Positions 47,979-58,236 are shown, counted from the first letter of the stretch. The stretch is 64,000 bases of DNA from Actinomycetes bacterium (GCA_050743265.1 JBOGEN010000203.1:16907-80906); one strand, 5' to 3'. Numbers and translations: made by a program. The notes: a model not told the origin generated them from the letters alone.

Positions 47979-48452
47979 ATGAGACGAGTGACCTTCCGAG
48001 AGATCGACATCGCCTGCGGCGCACTCCTCGCCGTGCTCGGCGGCGTCGTCCTGGTTCAGAGTCGTCAACTCGACTTCTACCTGGAGGGCATACCCGGGCC
48101 GGGCTTCTTCCCCAGCATCCTCGCGGTCGTGTTGACCGGCCTGGGCGTGGTGCTCGTCGTGACCCGGGTGCGGGCACCCCGGGAGAGCGCACGCGAGTTC
48201 CCGCTCCCGAGCCGACCGCAGGCCACGCGGTCGCTCGCGCTGTGGGCCGCCGTGCTGGGGGCGACGCTCCTGGCGGGCGTCCTGGGCTTTCCCCTCGCGA
48301 TGCTCCTGCTCGTCGCGGTGATCCTGTTCGTCATCGAGGGCCGGCGTGGGATCGGGGCCGTCGCGACGACCATCGCGATTCCCCTGCTCGCGTGGCTGCT
48401 CTTCGCGTCGCTGCTGCAGGTCCCGCTCCCGACCGGCCCGTTCGGGTCCTGA
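47979..48452 (+). CDS. tctB: tripartite tricarboxylate transporter small membrane subunit
   Basis: The ATG has GAGGCGAGGTGG upstream. The 4-TM protein contains GPGFFPSILAVVLTGLG. Confidence 0.7.
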   Translation: MRRVTFREIDIACGALLAVLGGVVLVQSRQLDFYLEGIPGPGFFPSILAVVLTGLGVVLVVTRVRAPRESAREFPLPSRPQATRSLALWAAVLGATLLAGVLGFPLAMLLLVAVILFVIEGRRGIGAVATTIAIPLLAWLLFASLLQVPLPTGPFGS

Positions 48453-48512
48453 CCGTGGTGGGAGGTTGGTCACGGTGACGAACACGGTCCGGACGAATCG
48501 GGGGCGAGGGTC

Positions 48513-50114
48513 GTGACCGACGCGGTGATGGGTCTCATGGACGGGTTCGCCGCGGCGTTCTCGCTCACGAACCTCTTCTGGGTGATCTTCGGTGTGACGG
48601 CGGGAACCCTTGTGGGCGTCCTTCCCGGACTGGGCCCGCCCGCCACCATCGCGCTCCTGCTCCCGCTCTCGGTCAACCTGGAGCCGGCGACCGGGCTGAT
48701 CATGATGGCCGGCATCTACTACGGAGCGAAGTACGGAGGCTCGACCACGTCGATCCTCCTGAACATCCCGGGCGAGGACGCCTCGGTGGTCACCACCTTC
48801 GACGGCTACCAGATGGCCCGGCAAGGACGCGCGGGCCCCGCGCTCGGCATCGCGGCGATCGGCTCGTTCATCGCCGGGACCCTCGGGTTGGTCGGCTTGA
48901 CCTTCCTGGCGCCGGCGGTGGCGGCGATCGCCGTCATCTTCGGCCCCCCGGAGTACACCGCCATCATGGCGCTCGGCCTCAGCATGGTGGTGCTCCTGGG
49001 CGGGAGCTCCCAGGTCAAGGCCTTCGTCTCCGCGGTGGCCGGGTTCCTGCTGTCCACCATCGGCATCGACCTGTTCTCGGGCTCGACGCGGTTCACCTTC
49101 GGCAGGATCGAGCTCGCCAACGGCGTCGAGTTCGTCGCACTGTGCATCGGGCTCTTCGCCATCTCCGAGGTCTTGATCAATGCCGAGGAGAAGACCGGCC
49201 GCTCGTTCTTCAAGGTCCCCCGCCGGCTCAGAGAGCTCTTCCCGAGCAAGAAGGACCTAGCGGAGTCCTCCGGGGCCATCGGCCAGGGTTCGGTCGTCGG
49301 CTTCTTCATCGGGGCGCTCCCGGGGGCCGGCTCGACGGTCGCCTCGTTCGTCAGCTACACGATCGCCAAGCGGCTCTCGCGGCACCCCGAGCGCTTCGGC
49401 AAGGGAGCCATCGCCGGAGTCGCCGCGCCGGAGGCGGCCAACAACTCCGCGACCGCCGGCTCCTTCGTACCGCTCCTCACGCTCGGGATCCCCGGGTCGG
49501 CGAGCACCGCCATCATGCTCGGTGCCCTCTTCCTGTACGGGCTGCAGCCGGGGCCGTTGTTCTTCAACGAGAACCCCGACGTCGTCTGGCCGATCATCGC
49601 GAGCATGTTCATCGGCAACCTCGTGCTGGTGATGCTGAACCTGCCGCTCATCCCGGTGTTCGCGAGCATCCTGCGCATCCCGTACCACGTGCTGTACCCG
49701 GGCATCATCGTCATCTCGATCGTCGGCGTGTACAGCATCAACAACTCGATGTTCGACGTGTGGGTGCTCGCCGTCTTCGGCCTCCTGGGCTACGTCATGC
49801 GCAAGACAGACTTCCCGACCGCACCGTTGGTGCTGGCGTTCGTGCTGGGTCCGCTCTTCGAGCAGTCCATGCGCCGGTCCCTCGTCATCTCCCAGGGCGA
49901 CCCGACGATCTTTCTCACCCGCCCGTGGGCTGTCGTCTTCCTCGTGCTCACGGCGCTTCTCTTCGTCGGTCCGGTGATCACCCGCAGGAGGGCACCGAGG
50001 GAGGCCGAACCTGCGCTGCAGACGTCGCCGGACTCGCCACCGGGGCCGGAGTCGCCACCCGAGGGAAGGGAGGCGGGCTCCGTGCATGCCACCGATCGAC
50101 GAGATGAGCGCTGA
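48513..50114 (+). CDS. tctA: tripartite tricarboxylate transporter large permease
   Basis: LVGVLPGLGPPATIALLLPLS, GAKYGGSTTSILLNIPGE and a duplicated DUF112 topology are present. Confidence 0.85.
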   Translation: MTDAVMGLMDGFAAAFSLTNLFWVIFGVTAGTLVGVLPGLGPPATIALLLPLSVNLEPATGLIMMAGIYYGAKYGGSTTSILLNIPGEDASVVTTFDGYQMARQGRAGPALGIAAIGSFIAGTLGLVGLTFLAPAVAAIAVIFGPPEYTAIMALGLSMVVLLGGSSQVKAFVSAVAGFLLSTIGIDLFSGSTRFTFGRIELANGVEFVALCIGLFAISEVLINAEEKTGRSFFKVPRRLRELFPSKKDLAESSGAIGQGSVVGFFIGALPGAGSTVASFVSYTIAKRLSRHPERFGKGAIAGVAAPEAANNSATAGSFVPLLTLGIPGSASTAIMLGALFLYGLQPGPLFFNENPDVVWPIIASMFIGNLVLVMLNLPLIPVFASILRIPYHVLYPGIIVISIVGVYSINNSMFDVWVLAVFGLLGYVMRKTDFPTAPLVLAFVLGPLFEQSMRRSLVISQGDPTIFLTRPWAVVFLVLTALLFVGPVITRRRAPREAEPALQTSPDSPPGPESPPEGREAGSVHATDRRDER

Positions 50115-50145
50115 CCCACCCGGAGACGCCAGGAGGTCTTGGTCC

Positions 50146-51159
50146 ATGTCGAACTTTCGAATAGCGCGCGCGCTCGCGTCGTGCGCCCTTGTGACAGTGC
50201 TCGCCTCCGCCTGCGGCCTGCAGACGGACTCGGCCAGCTCGGGGAGCGAAGGCGAGGACTTCGAGCCCGCCAAGCCGGAGTTCCTCGTGCACACGGGGCC
50301 GGGCGGCGGCAGTGACATCTTCGTCCGCGATGTCATCGCGATGATGAAGAAGGAGGGGATCATCTCGTCGAACTGGCCGGTCCGGAACGAAGAGGCCGGC
50401 GAAGGGGCCGGCGCGATGAGCTACCTGCTGTCGAAGCGGGGCGAGACCGACAACATCTCGGCGATGACGACGACGTGGCTCACCACCCCCCTGACGATCG
50501 AGGGAGCGTCCGTGACCGTGGACGATCTGACCCCGATCGCCGGCATGATCGTCGAACCCGAGGTCATCGCGGTCGCGCCGGACTCGCCGTACAAGTCGCT
50601 CAGGGACTTCGTCGAGGCCGCCAAGAAGAAGCCGGGGGCCCTCGTGCAGACCGGCGGCTCGACGACCGAGGTGTCGGCGCTCAACGGAGAGACGATCCAG
50701 TCCGAGACCGGCACCGACTGGAAGTTCCTGTCCTTCGAGGAAGTCGGCCAGCGCATCACGGCACTGCTCAACGGCGACGCAGACATCATGATGGGCAGTG
50801 CCCAGGACTTCGCCGCCCAGGTGAAGGCGGGCAAGCTGAAGGTCATAGGCGCCATCGGGACAGAGCCGCACCCGATCTACAGTGACGTGCCGACGACCCG
50901 CGACGAGGGATTCAAGTCCCCCCTCGTCCCTCAGGTACGGGGCGTCATGGGCCCGCCGGACATGCCGGCGGAGGCACTCGAGTACTACCAGGACATCTTC
51001 ACGAAGCTCGTGAAGACGGACTCGTGGAAGGCGTACGCGAAGAAGAACGGGCTCGTCACCCAGCTTCGTGTCGGTGAGGAGTGGAAGACCTACCTCGACG
51101 AGCACGAGCAGCGGGTCAAGGAGGCACTCAAGGGTTCCGACCTGCTGAAGAACGGTTGA
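50146..51159 (+). CDS. tctC: tripartite tricarboxylate transporter substrate-binding protein (Bug family), lipoprotein
   Basis: The ATG has AGGAGG upstream. The lipobox is LASACG, and the Bug/TctC fold contains SGSEGEDFEP...GGGSD. Confidence 0.8.
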   Translation: MSNFRIARALASCALVTVLASACGLQTDSASSGSEGEDFEPAKPEFLVHTGPGGGSDIFVRDVIAMMKKEGIISSNWPVRNEEAGEGAGAMSYLLSKRGETDNISAMTTTWLTTPLTIEGASVTVDDLTPIAGMIVEPEVIAVAPDSPYKSLRDFVEAAKKKPGALVQTGGSTTEVSALNGETIQSETGTDWKFLSFEEVGQRITALLNGDADIMMGSAQDFAAQVKAGKLKVIGAIGTEPHPIYSDVPTTRDEGFKSPLVPQVRGVMGPPDMPAEALEYYQDIFTKLVKTDSWKAYAKKNGLVTQLRVGEEWKTYLDEHEQRVKEALKGSDLLKNG

Positions 51160-51167
51160 CGAAACCG

Positions 51168-52574
51168 ATGGATCCGCGATCGGCCGACCCGACGGGAGCA
51201 CCCGCCCCTGGCGACGTCCTCGAGAAGGGCCCGACCGGCGAGCTCGCCCAGTTCATCGCGAGCCTGTCCTGGTCGGACATCCCCGAGGACGTGACACACC
51301 AGGCCAAGCGATGCTTCATCGACTGGCTCGGGGTCACCCTTGCCGGGTCGGCCGATCCGTCCGCCGAGATCGTGCTGTCCCTCGCCGACGAGATGGGATC
51401 CGACGAGTCCGCCACCGTGGTCGGGTCCGGCCGGCGGGTCCCGCTGGGCGCCGCGGCCCTCGCCAACGGCTTCCTGGCCCACGTCCAGGACTATGACGAC
51501 ACCTACAACCCGGCGCGTACCACCGTCCACGGGAGCGCTCCGGTGTGGCCGGTCGTCCTCGCGCTCGGTGAACGGAGCCGTCTCGACGGATGCCGGGCCC
51601 TGGCAGCGTTCGTCGCCGGGTTCGAGACACAGATCAGGGTCGCGCTCGCCGCCGGGCCGTCACACTACGAGGCCGGCTGGCACGTCACGGGTACGGTCGG
51701 CCATCTCGGGGCGGCAGCGGCGGCAGCGAGCGTCCTCTCACTTCCTCCGGCCGAGGTGGCCCACGCGCTCGGTGCCGCGGCCACACAGGCGGCCGGCCTC
51801 AAGGGCGTGTACGGGACCATGGGCAAGGCGCTGCACCCGGGCAAGGCCGCCATGGACGGGCTCCTGGCCGCGCTCCTGGCCCGGCGCGGGTTCACCGCGA
51901 CCACGTCGATCCTGGAACGTCCGCGGGGGTTCCTCGAGGTGATGTCCCCCGACCCGCAGCCCGAGCTCGCCGCCACGGGTCTCGGAGAGACGTGGACGCT
52001 GCGCGACAACGGCTTCAAGCCCTACCCGTGCGGCTCCCTGACCCACCCGACGATCGAGGCGGTCCTCGGGCTCCGGCGCGAGCACGGGCTCGAACCGGAG
52101 CAGATCGAGTCGATCTCCGCCGTCGTCAACGACTACGTGTCGTGGGTGACGGGCAAACCGGAGCCCGAGACCGGCCTGGAGGCGAAGTTCAGCATCTTCC
52201 ACTGCGCCGCCGTCGCAGCAGTCGACGGTGTCGCGAGCATCCACCAGTTCGAGGACGTGCGGGTCAACGACCCCGCTGTCGTCAGCATGCGCGGCAAGGT
52301 ACGCATCGCCGTCGACGACGCCCTGCCGAAGGATGCCGCCTCGGTCATCCTGACGCTCACCGACGGGCGCCAGCTGACCTCGACGGTCGTGCACAACAAG
52401 GGGACCCCGGACAAGCCCATGCCCGACGCCGAGGTCGAAGAGAAGTTCCTGACCCTCGCCTCACCGCTCCTCGGCAGCGACACCGCCCGGCGAGTCGCCG
52501 AGCTGTCCTGGAATCTCGAGGAGTGCGCGGAGATCGCCGAGGTCGCCGAGCTCTGCCGTGGACAGGCGCGATGA
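51168..52574 (+). CDS. MmgE/PrpD-family protein (2-methylcitrate-dehydratase-like)
   Basis: FIDWLGVTLAGS, HGSAPVWPVVLAL and HVTGTVGHLGAAAAAA are MmgE/PrpD signature regions. Confidence 0.8.
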   Translation: MDPRSADPTGAPAPGDVLEKGPTGELAQFIASLSWSDIPEDVTHQAKRCFIDWLGVTLAGSADPSAEIVLSLADEMGSDESATVVGSGRRVPLGAAALANGFLAHVQDYDDTYNPARTTVHGSAPVWPVVLALGERSRLDGCRALAAFVAGFETQIRVALAAGPSHYEAGWHVTGTVGHLGAAAAAASVLSLPPAEVAHALGAAATQAAGLKGVYGTMGKALHPGKAAMDGLLAALLARRGFTATTSILERPRGFLEVMSPDPQPELAATGLGETWTLRDNGFKPYPCGSLTHPTIEAVLGLRREHGLEPEQIESISAVVNDYVSWVTGKPEPETGLEAKFSIFHCAAVAAVDGVASIHQFEDVRVNDPAVVSMRGKVRIAVDDALPKDAASVILTLTDGRQLTSTVVHNKGTPDKPMPDAEVEEKFLTLASPLLGSDTARRVAELSWNLEECAEIAEVAELCRGQAR

Positions 52575-53326
52575 CCTCGTCGAGCGCACACGGCTCACCC
52601 CCGGGCGGTCCCGTTGCCGTCGTCACCGGCGCGGGTCGGAACATCGGCCGCGCCATCGCCCTCGAGCTCGCCTCCTCCGGTGCACACGTCGTGGTCGTCG
52701 TACGCCGAAACACGGAGGAGGCGGAGGCTGTCGCCGCGGAGGTCCGAGAACGCGGTCGCGACGCGGTGGCCTGTACGGCGGACGTCCGATCCGCGGACGC
52801 GATCGCCGACGTCGTCGCGGAAGCCACCCGTCTCGGCCCGCCGACGATCCTGGTGAACAACGCGGCGCTCCGGCCCGAAGCCCCGTTTCTCGACCTGACC
52901 AGCGACAAGTGGCACGAGGTGATCAGCGTCATCCTGGACGGCGCGTTCGTCTGCGCCCAGGCCGTCCTCCCTCACATGCTCCAGGCCGGATGGGGGCGCG
53001 TCATCAACATCGCCGGTGTCACCGGACAGACGGGGGCCCCCGAACGGGCGCACGTCGTGACGGCGAAGGCCGGGCTCATCGGGTTCACCAAGGCGCTCGC
53101 GCACGAGTACGCCCCGTACAACATCACCGTCAACGCCGTGTCCCCCGGAACCATCGACACCACCCGGACCTTCCGCCAGCCGCTGCACCACGCCCTGCGA
53201 ACGGTGCCCGTCGGGCGACCGGGCCGCCCGGACGAGGTGGCCGCGATGGTGCGGTACCTGACGTCAGCGCAGGCCGCGTACGTCACCGGACAGACTCTGA
53301 ACGTCAACGGAGGCCTTCTCACCTGA
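52571..53326 (+). CDS. short-chain dehydrogenase/reductase (SDR)
   Basis: It shares an ATGA overlap with the upstream gene. The motifs are VAVVTGAGRNIGRAIA and NNAA, and the catalytic triad is S...Y..AK (HVVTAKAG). Confidence 0.85.
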   Translation: MTSSSAHGSPPGGPVAVVTGAGRNIGRAIALELASSGAHVVVVVRRNTEEAEAVAAEVRERGRDAVACTADVRSADAIADVVAEATRLGPPTILVNNAALRPEAPFLDLTSDKWHEVISVILDGAFVCAQAVLPHMLQAGWGRVINIAGVTGQTGAPERAHVVTAKAGLIGFTKALAHEYAPYNITVNAVSPGTIDTTRTFRQPLHHALRTVPVGRPGRPDEVAAMVRYLTSAQAAYVTGQTLNVNGGLLT

Positions 53327-53442
53327 CCCGGACGAGCGACCCGGGGCGGTCGCACGGGCGTCGCCCTGCTTCGGCCGCCGTCCGTACCCGTTCCCGCACG
53401 CAGAAGCACTGCTCGAACCGCCAGACCGGAAGGGACACCCGG

Positions 53443-53835
53443 ATGCGCATCCGACACCTCGGCGTCGTGGTCGCTGACCTGGAGAAGACCGCAGAGTTCT
53501 ACGAGAACGTGCTCGGGTTCACGCGGCTGGGCAGCGTCCGTACGCCGGGACACTTTCCCGGCCTGGCCCTGGACCTCAGTGACGGTGAGGTCAACTTCTC
53601 GCTCCTGCAGCCCCGGGAGGAGATCCCCCGGCAGCCCTGGTCCCAGGGGACGAGGGGCCCGAACCACATCGGGGTGACGGTGGAGAACACGGCCACGGTC
53701 GTGGCGGCGCTGCAGGAGCGTGGTGTCGAGGTCTACGGTGCCGAGGATGCAGACCCGCCGCGGTTCTTCAAGTTCCGCGATCCCGACGGCGTGGAGGTGG
53801 ACGTCTCGACGCCGGACCGCGGCTGGAGGCACTAG
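53443..53835 (+). CDS. VOC-family (glyoxalase/bleomycin-resistance/dioxygenase) protein
   Basis: MRIRHLGVVVADLEKTAEFYENVLGF...GPNHIGVTVE. Confidence 0.7.
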   Translation: MRIRHLGVVVADLEKTAEFYENVLGFTRLGSVRTPGHFPGLALDLSDGEVNFSLLQPREEIPRQPWSQGTRGPNHIGVTVENTATVVAALQERGVEVYGAEDADPPRFFKFRDPDGVEVDVSTPDRGWRH

Positions 53836-53876
53836 TCGAACGAAAACTCGGCGGCGACTCCCCGGACGCTGATCGG

Positions 53877-55148
53877 GTGAGATCGCGAGCCTGGCTGCCG
53901 CATCGGCTCACGCCCGCACGGCTTCATCGACGCCTCCCGCAACGGCCTGGGTGGCTCGTGGGCACCCTCGGGGTGTCGTTCCTGGTCCAGCTGGCCGTGT
54001 ACGCCACTCGGCCGACGGTCTCCTATCGCGCACTGCAGCTCGGAGCGGACGGGCACACGCTGGGAGTCGTCGTCGCCGCGTACGCCGTGCTGTCCCTGGT
54101 GCTCGCGATACCCGTCGGCACATGGATCGACCGGTGGGGACACCGGCCGTTCCTGTTCGTCGGCGTCGCGTCGGTGTTCCTCGTCACCCTGGCGCTGCCC
54201 CGAGTGGACAGTCTCGTGGTGCTCGCCACGAGCCTCGCGCTGGTGGGCCTCGGCCACCTGCTCGTGACGGTCAGCGCACAGACACTGATCGCGGCCAAGG
54301 CCGGCAGGCAGGGCTCGCTCTCCGCGTTCAGCCTCTTCACCGTCGTCGTCTCGCTCGGCCAGCTCGCCGGGCCTCTCCTGTTGGGCGTCCTCGGTGGCTC
54401 GGGATCGGTCGACCAACGCGCACCCGCAGCGGCCGACGTCCAGGTGACCCCCGTCTTCCTGGCCGCCTCCGGGGCCGCGGGCGTGGCCCTGGCGGTGGTC
54501 TTCTGGCTGCCCAAGGAGCGCGCAGCCAGACGAGATCCCGACGCTCGGCAGGAGCGCCCCACCGGGATCGTGCGAGGCGGCCTGCGCGTGCTCCGGTCGC
54601 CCAACATGACGCGAGCCATGTTCATCAGCCTGTCGGTACTCGCCAGCGTCGACGTCCTCATCGCGTACCTGCCGGCCTACGGCGAGAGTTCCGGCCTCTC
54701 CGTGCGCACCGTCGGGCTACTGCTCGCGACGCTGTCGGGGGCGGGGCTGGCGTCACGGCTCCTCATGTGGCCGGCGGCACGGAGGATGGGGATCGGCAGC
54801 GTCCTCGTCGTGTCCACGACGGTCGCCTGCGCGTCCGTGGCGCTGTTCCCGGCTCTGGTCTCGACGCCGTGGGCCCTGTTCCTGGTGATCGGCGGGGCTG
54901 GTCTCGGGCTCGGTCTCGGACAGCCCCTCACCCTCACCTGGGTTGCGCGTACCGCTCCGACCGAGATCCGGGGCACTGCACTCGGCGTTCGGCTTGCCGG
55001 CAACCGCCTGGGCCAGGTCGCCGTCCCGGCAGCCGTCGGGGCGCTCACCGGGGCCGCCGGTCTGGTGGCAGTCTTCTGGGCGGTCACCGCGATGCTGGGC
55101 ACCAGCGCACTCGTTGCCGTACGCGGACGCGCGTTCTTCGACGACTGA
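53877..55148 (+). CDS. MFS transporter
   Basis: It has 12 predicted TM helices and the MFS motif GTWIDRWGHRP. The GTG start is uncertain. Confidence 0.7.
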   Translation: MRSRAWLPHRLTPARLHRRLPQRPGWLVGTLGVSFLVQLAVYATRPTVSYRALQLGADGHTLGVVVAAYAVLSLVLAIPVGTWIDRWGHRPFLFVGVASVFLVTLALPRVDSLVVLATSLALVGLGHLLVTVSAQTLIAAKAGRQGSLSAFSLFTVVVSLGQLAGPLLLGVLGGSGSVDQRAPAAADVQVTPVFLAASGAAGVALAVVFWLPKERAARRDPDARQERPTGIVRGGLRVLRSPNMTRAMFISLSVLASVDVLIAYLPAYGESSGLSVRTVGLLLATLSGAGLASRLLMWPAARRMGIGSVLVVSTTVACASVALFPALVSTPWALFLVIGGAGLGLGLGQPLTLTWVARTAPTEIRGTALGVRLAGNRLGQVAVPAAVGALTGAAGLVAVFWAVTAMLGTSALVAVRGRAFFDD

Positions 55149-55514
55149 GGTCTCCTGACCGCGGGAGGAGCGGGCGCGTCGCGGTGACCGTGGACGGCGC
55201 ACGTCGGCGCGAGCGTGACCCGGCCGAACTCGGTCAGAACTGGACAAGCAGCACCGCCCGCCGGTGGCTGCAGGCGGTGAGACCGCCCAGGGGGGACCGT
55301 TTCAGTCCGACGCCCCGTGTCCTCTTCCGTACCGACCCGGACTCCGACAACCGCCGCGGCGAGTGCCACGAAGCAGCCCCGGACCAGGTGAGGCGGGTGT
55401 CAGGGCTCGCACGCCGCCTGGCTCTGACATCCCAAATACGGAGGTGTCACACCCGGCCCTGGCTGTCTCGTCTCAGGCCTGTCAGCGACATCTCAGGGGT
55501 AGAGAGGCAGTGAC

Positions 55515-56495
55515 ATGCGAGTCTTTGTGGCAGGAGCGGCCGGTGCGATCGGGACGCGGCTGGTGCCGCAGCTGGTCTCACGGGGACATCAGGTGACGGC
55601 GTCGACGCGCAGCCCGGCCAAGGTCGACCGGCTGCGTGCCCTCGGGGCCGAGCCGGTCGTGGTGGACGGGCTGGATGCGGCGGCGGTGGGTGAGGCCGTG
55701 GCGCGCGCAGAGCCGGACGCGGTGGTGCACCAGATGACGGCGCTGGCCGGCAAGCCCAACCTGCGCCGGTTCGACAGCTGGTTCGCGCTCACCAACAGGC
55801 TGCGGACAGAGGGCACGGAACACCTGGTCGCAGCGGCCGAGGCCGCAGGCGTCGGCCGTTTCGTCGCCCAGAGCTACACCGGGTGGTCGAACTCGCGTAC
55901 GGGTGGCCCGGTCAAGACCGAGGACGACCCGCTGGACCCGCACCCAGCCAAGGCTCAGGCAGAGTCGATGGCAGGGCTGCAGTTCCTGGACCGGGTGGTT
56001 CCGGCAGCCCGATCCGTCGTAGGGATCGTGCTCCGTTACGGCAACTTCTACGGGCCGGGCGCGTCGGAGTCGCTCGTCGAGCTGATTCGCAAACGCCAGA
56101 TGCCGATCGTCGGTGACGGTGCCGGGGTGTGGTCGTGGACCCATCTCGACGATGCGGCGGCGGCAACGGTGGCCGGGGTGGAGCACGGTCGCAGGGGCAT
56201 CTACAACGTCGTCGACGACGAGCCGGCCCCGGTCTCGGAGTGGCTGCCCTACCTGGCGGAGGCGGTCGGGGCCAGGCCGCCGATGCGGGTGCCGGTGTGG
56301 CTGGGTCGGTTGGCAGCCGGCCAGGTCACGGTCCAGTGGATGACGGAGGCCCGGGGTTCGTCGAACGACAAGGCGAAGCGGGAGCTCGACTGGCGGCCCA
56401 CGTGGTCGACGTGGCGGGACGGTTTTCGCCTCGGCCTGACCGACTCCGCCGAGGCTGCGGCCGGCAACCACGTACGGAAGCGACCGGCACCATGA
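55515..56495 (+). CDS. NAD(P)-dependent epimerase/dehydratase-family (atypical SDR) protein
   Basis: MRVFVAGAAGAIGTRLV has GAGAGG upstream. Its stop overlaps the start of the sigma-factor gene. Confidence 0.7.
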   Translation: MRVFVAGAAGAIGTRLVPQLVSRGHQVTASTRSPAKVDRLRALGAEPVVVDGLDAAAVGEAVARAEPDAVVHQMTALAGKPNLRRFDSWFALTNRLRTEGTEHLVAAAEAAGVGRFVAQSYTGWSNSRTGGPVKTEDDPLDPHPAKAQAESMAGLQFLDRVVPAARSVVGIVLRYGNFYGPGASESLVELIRKRQMPIVGDGAGVWSWTHLDDAAAATVAGVEHGRRGIYNVVDDEPAPVSEWLPYLAEAVGARPPMRVPVWLGRLAAGQVTVQWMTEARGSSNDKAKRELDWRPTWSTWRDGFRLGLTDSAEAAAGNHVRKRPAP

Positions 56496-57529
56496 CAGGG
56501 ACAGAACGCGGCCCTGGCGCCCACTCGGCGACGGGCGGGCGCTCCGGCCGCGGCCGGCGTTCCGACGCTCCCTCCGCAGAGGAGTCCGCGGCGTTCGTTG
56601 ATCTGCGCCCGCTGCTGTTCTCCATCGCGTACCGGATGCTTGCCAGCGTGAGCGAGGCGGAGGACATGGTGCAGGAGACCTTCATCCGTTACCAGCAGTC
56701 GCTCCGCGACGGCGTCACCATCGGGTCGCCCAAGGCGTACCTGTCTGCCGTGATCACGCGACTGTGCATCGACCACGTTCGGTCGGCTCCGAAGCGGCGC
56801 GAGGCATACGTCGGCCAGTGGTTGCCCGAGCCGTTGATCACCGACGCCGAGGCGTCCGATCCGGCGGCTCACGCGGAGCAGGCAGACTCCCTGTCGATGG
56901 CGTTCCTGCTCGTGCTGGAGAGGCTGAACCCGGTCGAGCGTGCGGTCTTCCTGCTCCACGACGTGTTCGGCTACGGCTTCGGGGAGATCGCGGCCATCGT
57001 CGACAAGAGCGAGGCGAACTGCAGGCAGCTGGCCGCCCGGGCCCGTCGTCACATCACGGCGGAGAAGCCACGCTTCGAAGCGTCGCGCGAGCGGCGCGAC
57101 CGGTTGGCCGAGCGTTTCCTCGCGGCGTTCCGCGAGGGCGACCTCGACGGTCTTGTCGACATGCTCGCCGACGACGTCGTCGCCTACGGTGACGGTGGTG
57201 GCAAGGCGCCGCAGTGGGTCATGCCGATCCTCGGCGCCGATCGCGTCGCCCGGCTGTTCGTCGGGATGAGTCGCGAGATGCGCGAGCACGAGATCGTGAT
57301 CGAGCCGCACCAGGTGAACGGCCAGCCAGGCGCCGCGCTACGCACCCCGGACGGTCGGCTGATCAACGTCTTCTCCCTCGACATCGTCGACGGTGTGGTC
57401 CAGACCGTGCGGTCGGTGATCAACCCCGACAAGCTGAGCCACATCGGCCCGGTCGCCGACGCTCACGCCATGCGGAGAGAGCGCCGCGCGGAGCGGTCGC
57501 GTGATGCTGAACGGGAGGACGGTCGCTGA
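56492..57529 (+). CDS. ECF sigma factor with C-terminal SnoaL-like extension (ECF41/SigJ type)
   Basis: It shares an ATGA overlap with the epimerase. Sigma region 2 is LLFSIAYRMLASVSEAEDMVQETFI. Region 4 is NPVERAVFLLHDVFGYGFGEIAAIV. It is followed by an NTF2-like tail of about 120 aa. Confidence 0.8.
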   Translation: MTGTERGPGAHSATGGRSGRGRRSDAPSAEESAAFVDLRPLLFSIAYRMLASVSEAEDMVQETFIRYQQSLRDGVTIGSPKAYLSAVITRLCIDHVRSAPKRREAYVGQWLPEPLITDAEASDPAAHAEQADSLSMAFLLVLERLNPVERAVFLLHDVFGYGFGEIAAIVDKSEANCRQLAARARRHITAEKPRFEASRERRDRLAERFLAAFREGDLDGLVDMLADDVVAYGDGGGKAPQWVMPILGADRVARLFVGMSREMREHEIVIEPHQVNGQPGAALRTPDGRLINVFSLDIVDGVVQTVRSVINPDKLSHIGPVADAHAMRRERRAERSRDAEREDGR

Positions 57530-57785
57530 GGAGAGTCATCGGTGAGCGAACCGGCCACACCACACTTAGTGGAGCCGAGCTCGGACGCCGACTCGGGCGT
57601 CTCCACCCGCCGCGGCCGCCGACTCCTGCACAGCCTCGACCAGAAGACACGCACGCCGCGGCCAAGGACCGACAAGTGCACGCCGATCCGTGGCAACAGT
57701 CAGCCGACCGCAGCCAACGCTCCGAGAACACAGGATCGACGTCTGTGCACATGCGGACGCGCAGTTAGTCTGATATCGTACTACC

Positions 57786-58220
57786 ATGCAGACAGCGGCA
57801 CCACAGGTGGAGAACCTGGGCTACCTGTTGGCCAAGGCCTCGCAGCGCTGGAACGAACTGCTCGTCGAGGCCTTCACTCGTGCCGGGTACGAGCAGGTGC
57901 GCGCCTCGTACGGTTCGGTCCTGCTTCCGCTCTGGGAACAGGACGGATTGCGGATGGGTGAGCTCGCTCAGCGGGCCCGTCTGAGCAAGCAGACCATGAC
58001 CACCCTCGTACGCCTGGCCGAACGAGACGGCCTGGTCGCGCGCCACGCCGACCCGACGGACGGTCGCGCCACCCGGGTACGGCTCACCGAGACCGCGATC
58101 GAGTTCGCTCCGGTCGCCGCCCACGAGATCAACCGGCTTCACCGGCGCATCAGGACCCATCTCGGGCGACAGGCCACCCATGCCTTCGCCGACGCCCTGC
58201 ACACCGTGAGTGACCTCTGA
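57786..58220 (+). CDS. MarR-family transcriptional regulator
   Basis: The winged HTH is LRMGELAQRARLSKQTMTTLVRLAERDGLVARHADPTDGRATRVRLT. Confidence 0.8.
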   Translation: MQTAAPQVENLGYLLAKASQRWNELLVEAFTRAGYEQVRASYGSVLLPLWEQDGLRMGELAQRARLSKQTMTTLVRLAERDGLVARHADPTDGRATRVRLTETAIEFAPVAAHEINRLHRRIRTHLGRQATHAFADALHTVSDL

Positions 58221-58236
58221 CGTGAGGGAGACCGCA

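Noticed and set aside
53336-53353. Hairpin GCGACC-cggggc-GGTCGC after the SDR gene.
   Set aside because: It is a plausible weak terminator, but the stem is short, there is no U-tract, and the next gene, the VOC protein, may be co-transcribed. Not called as a feature.
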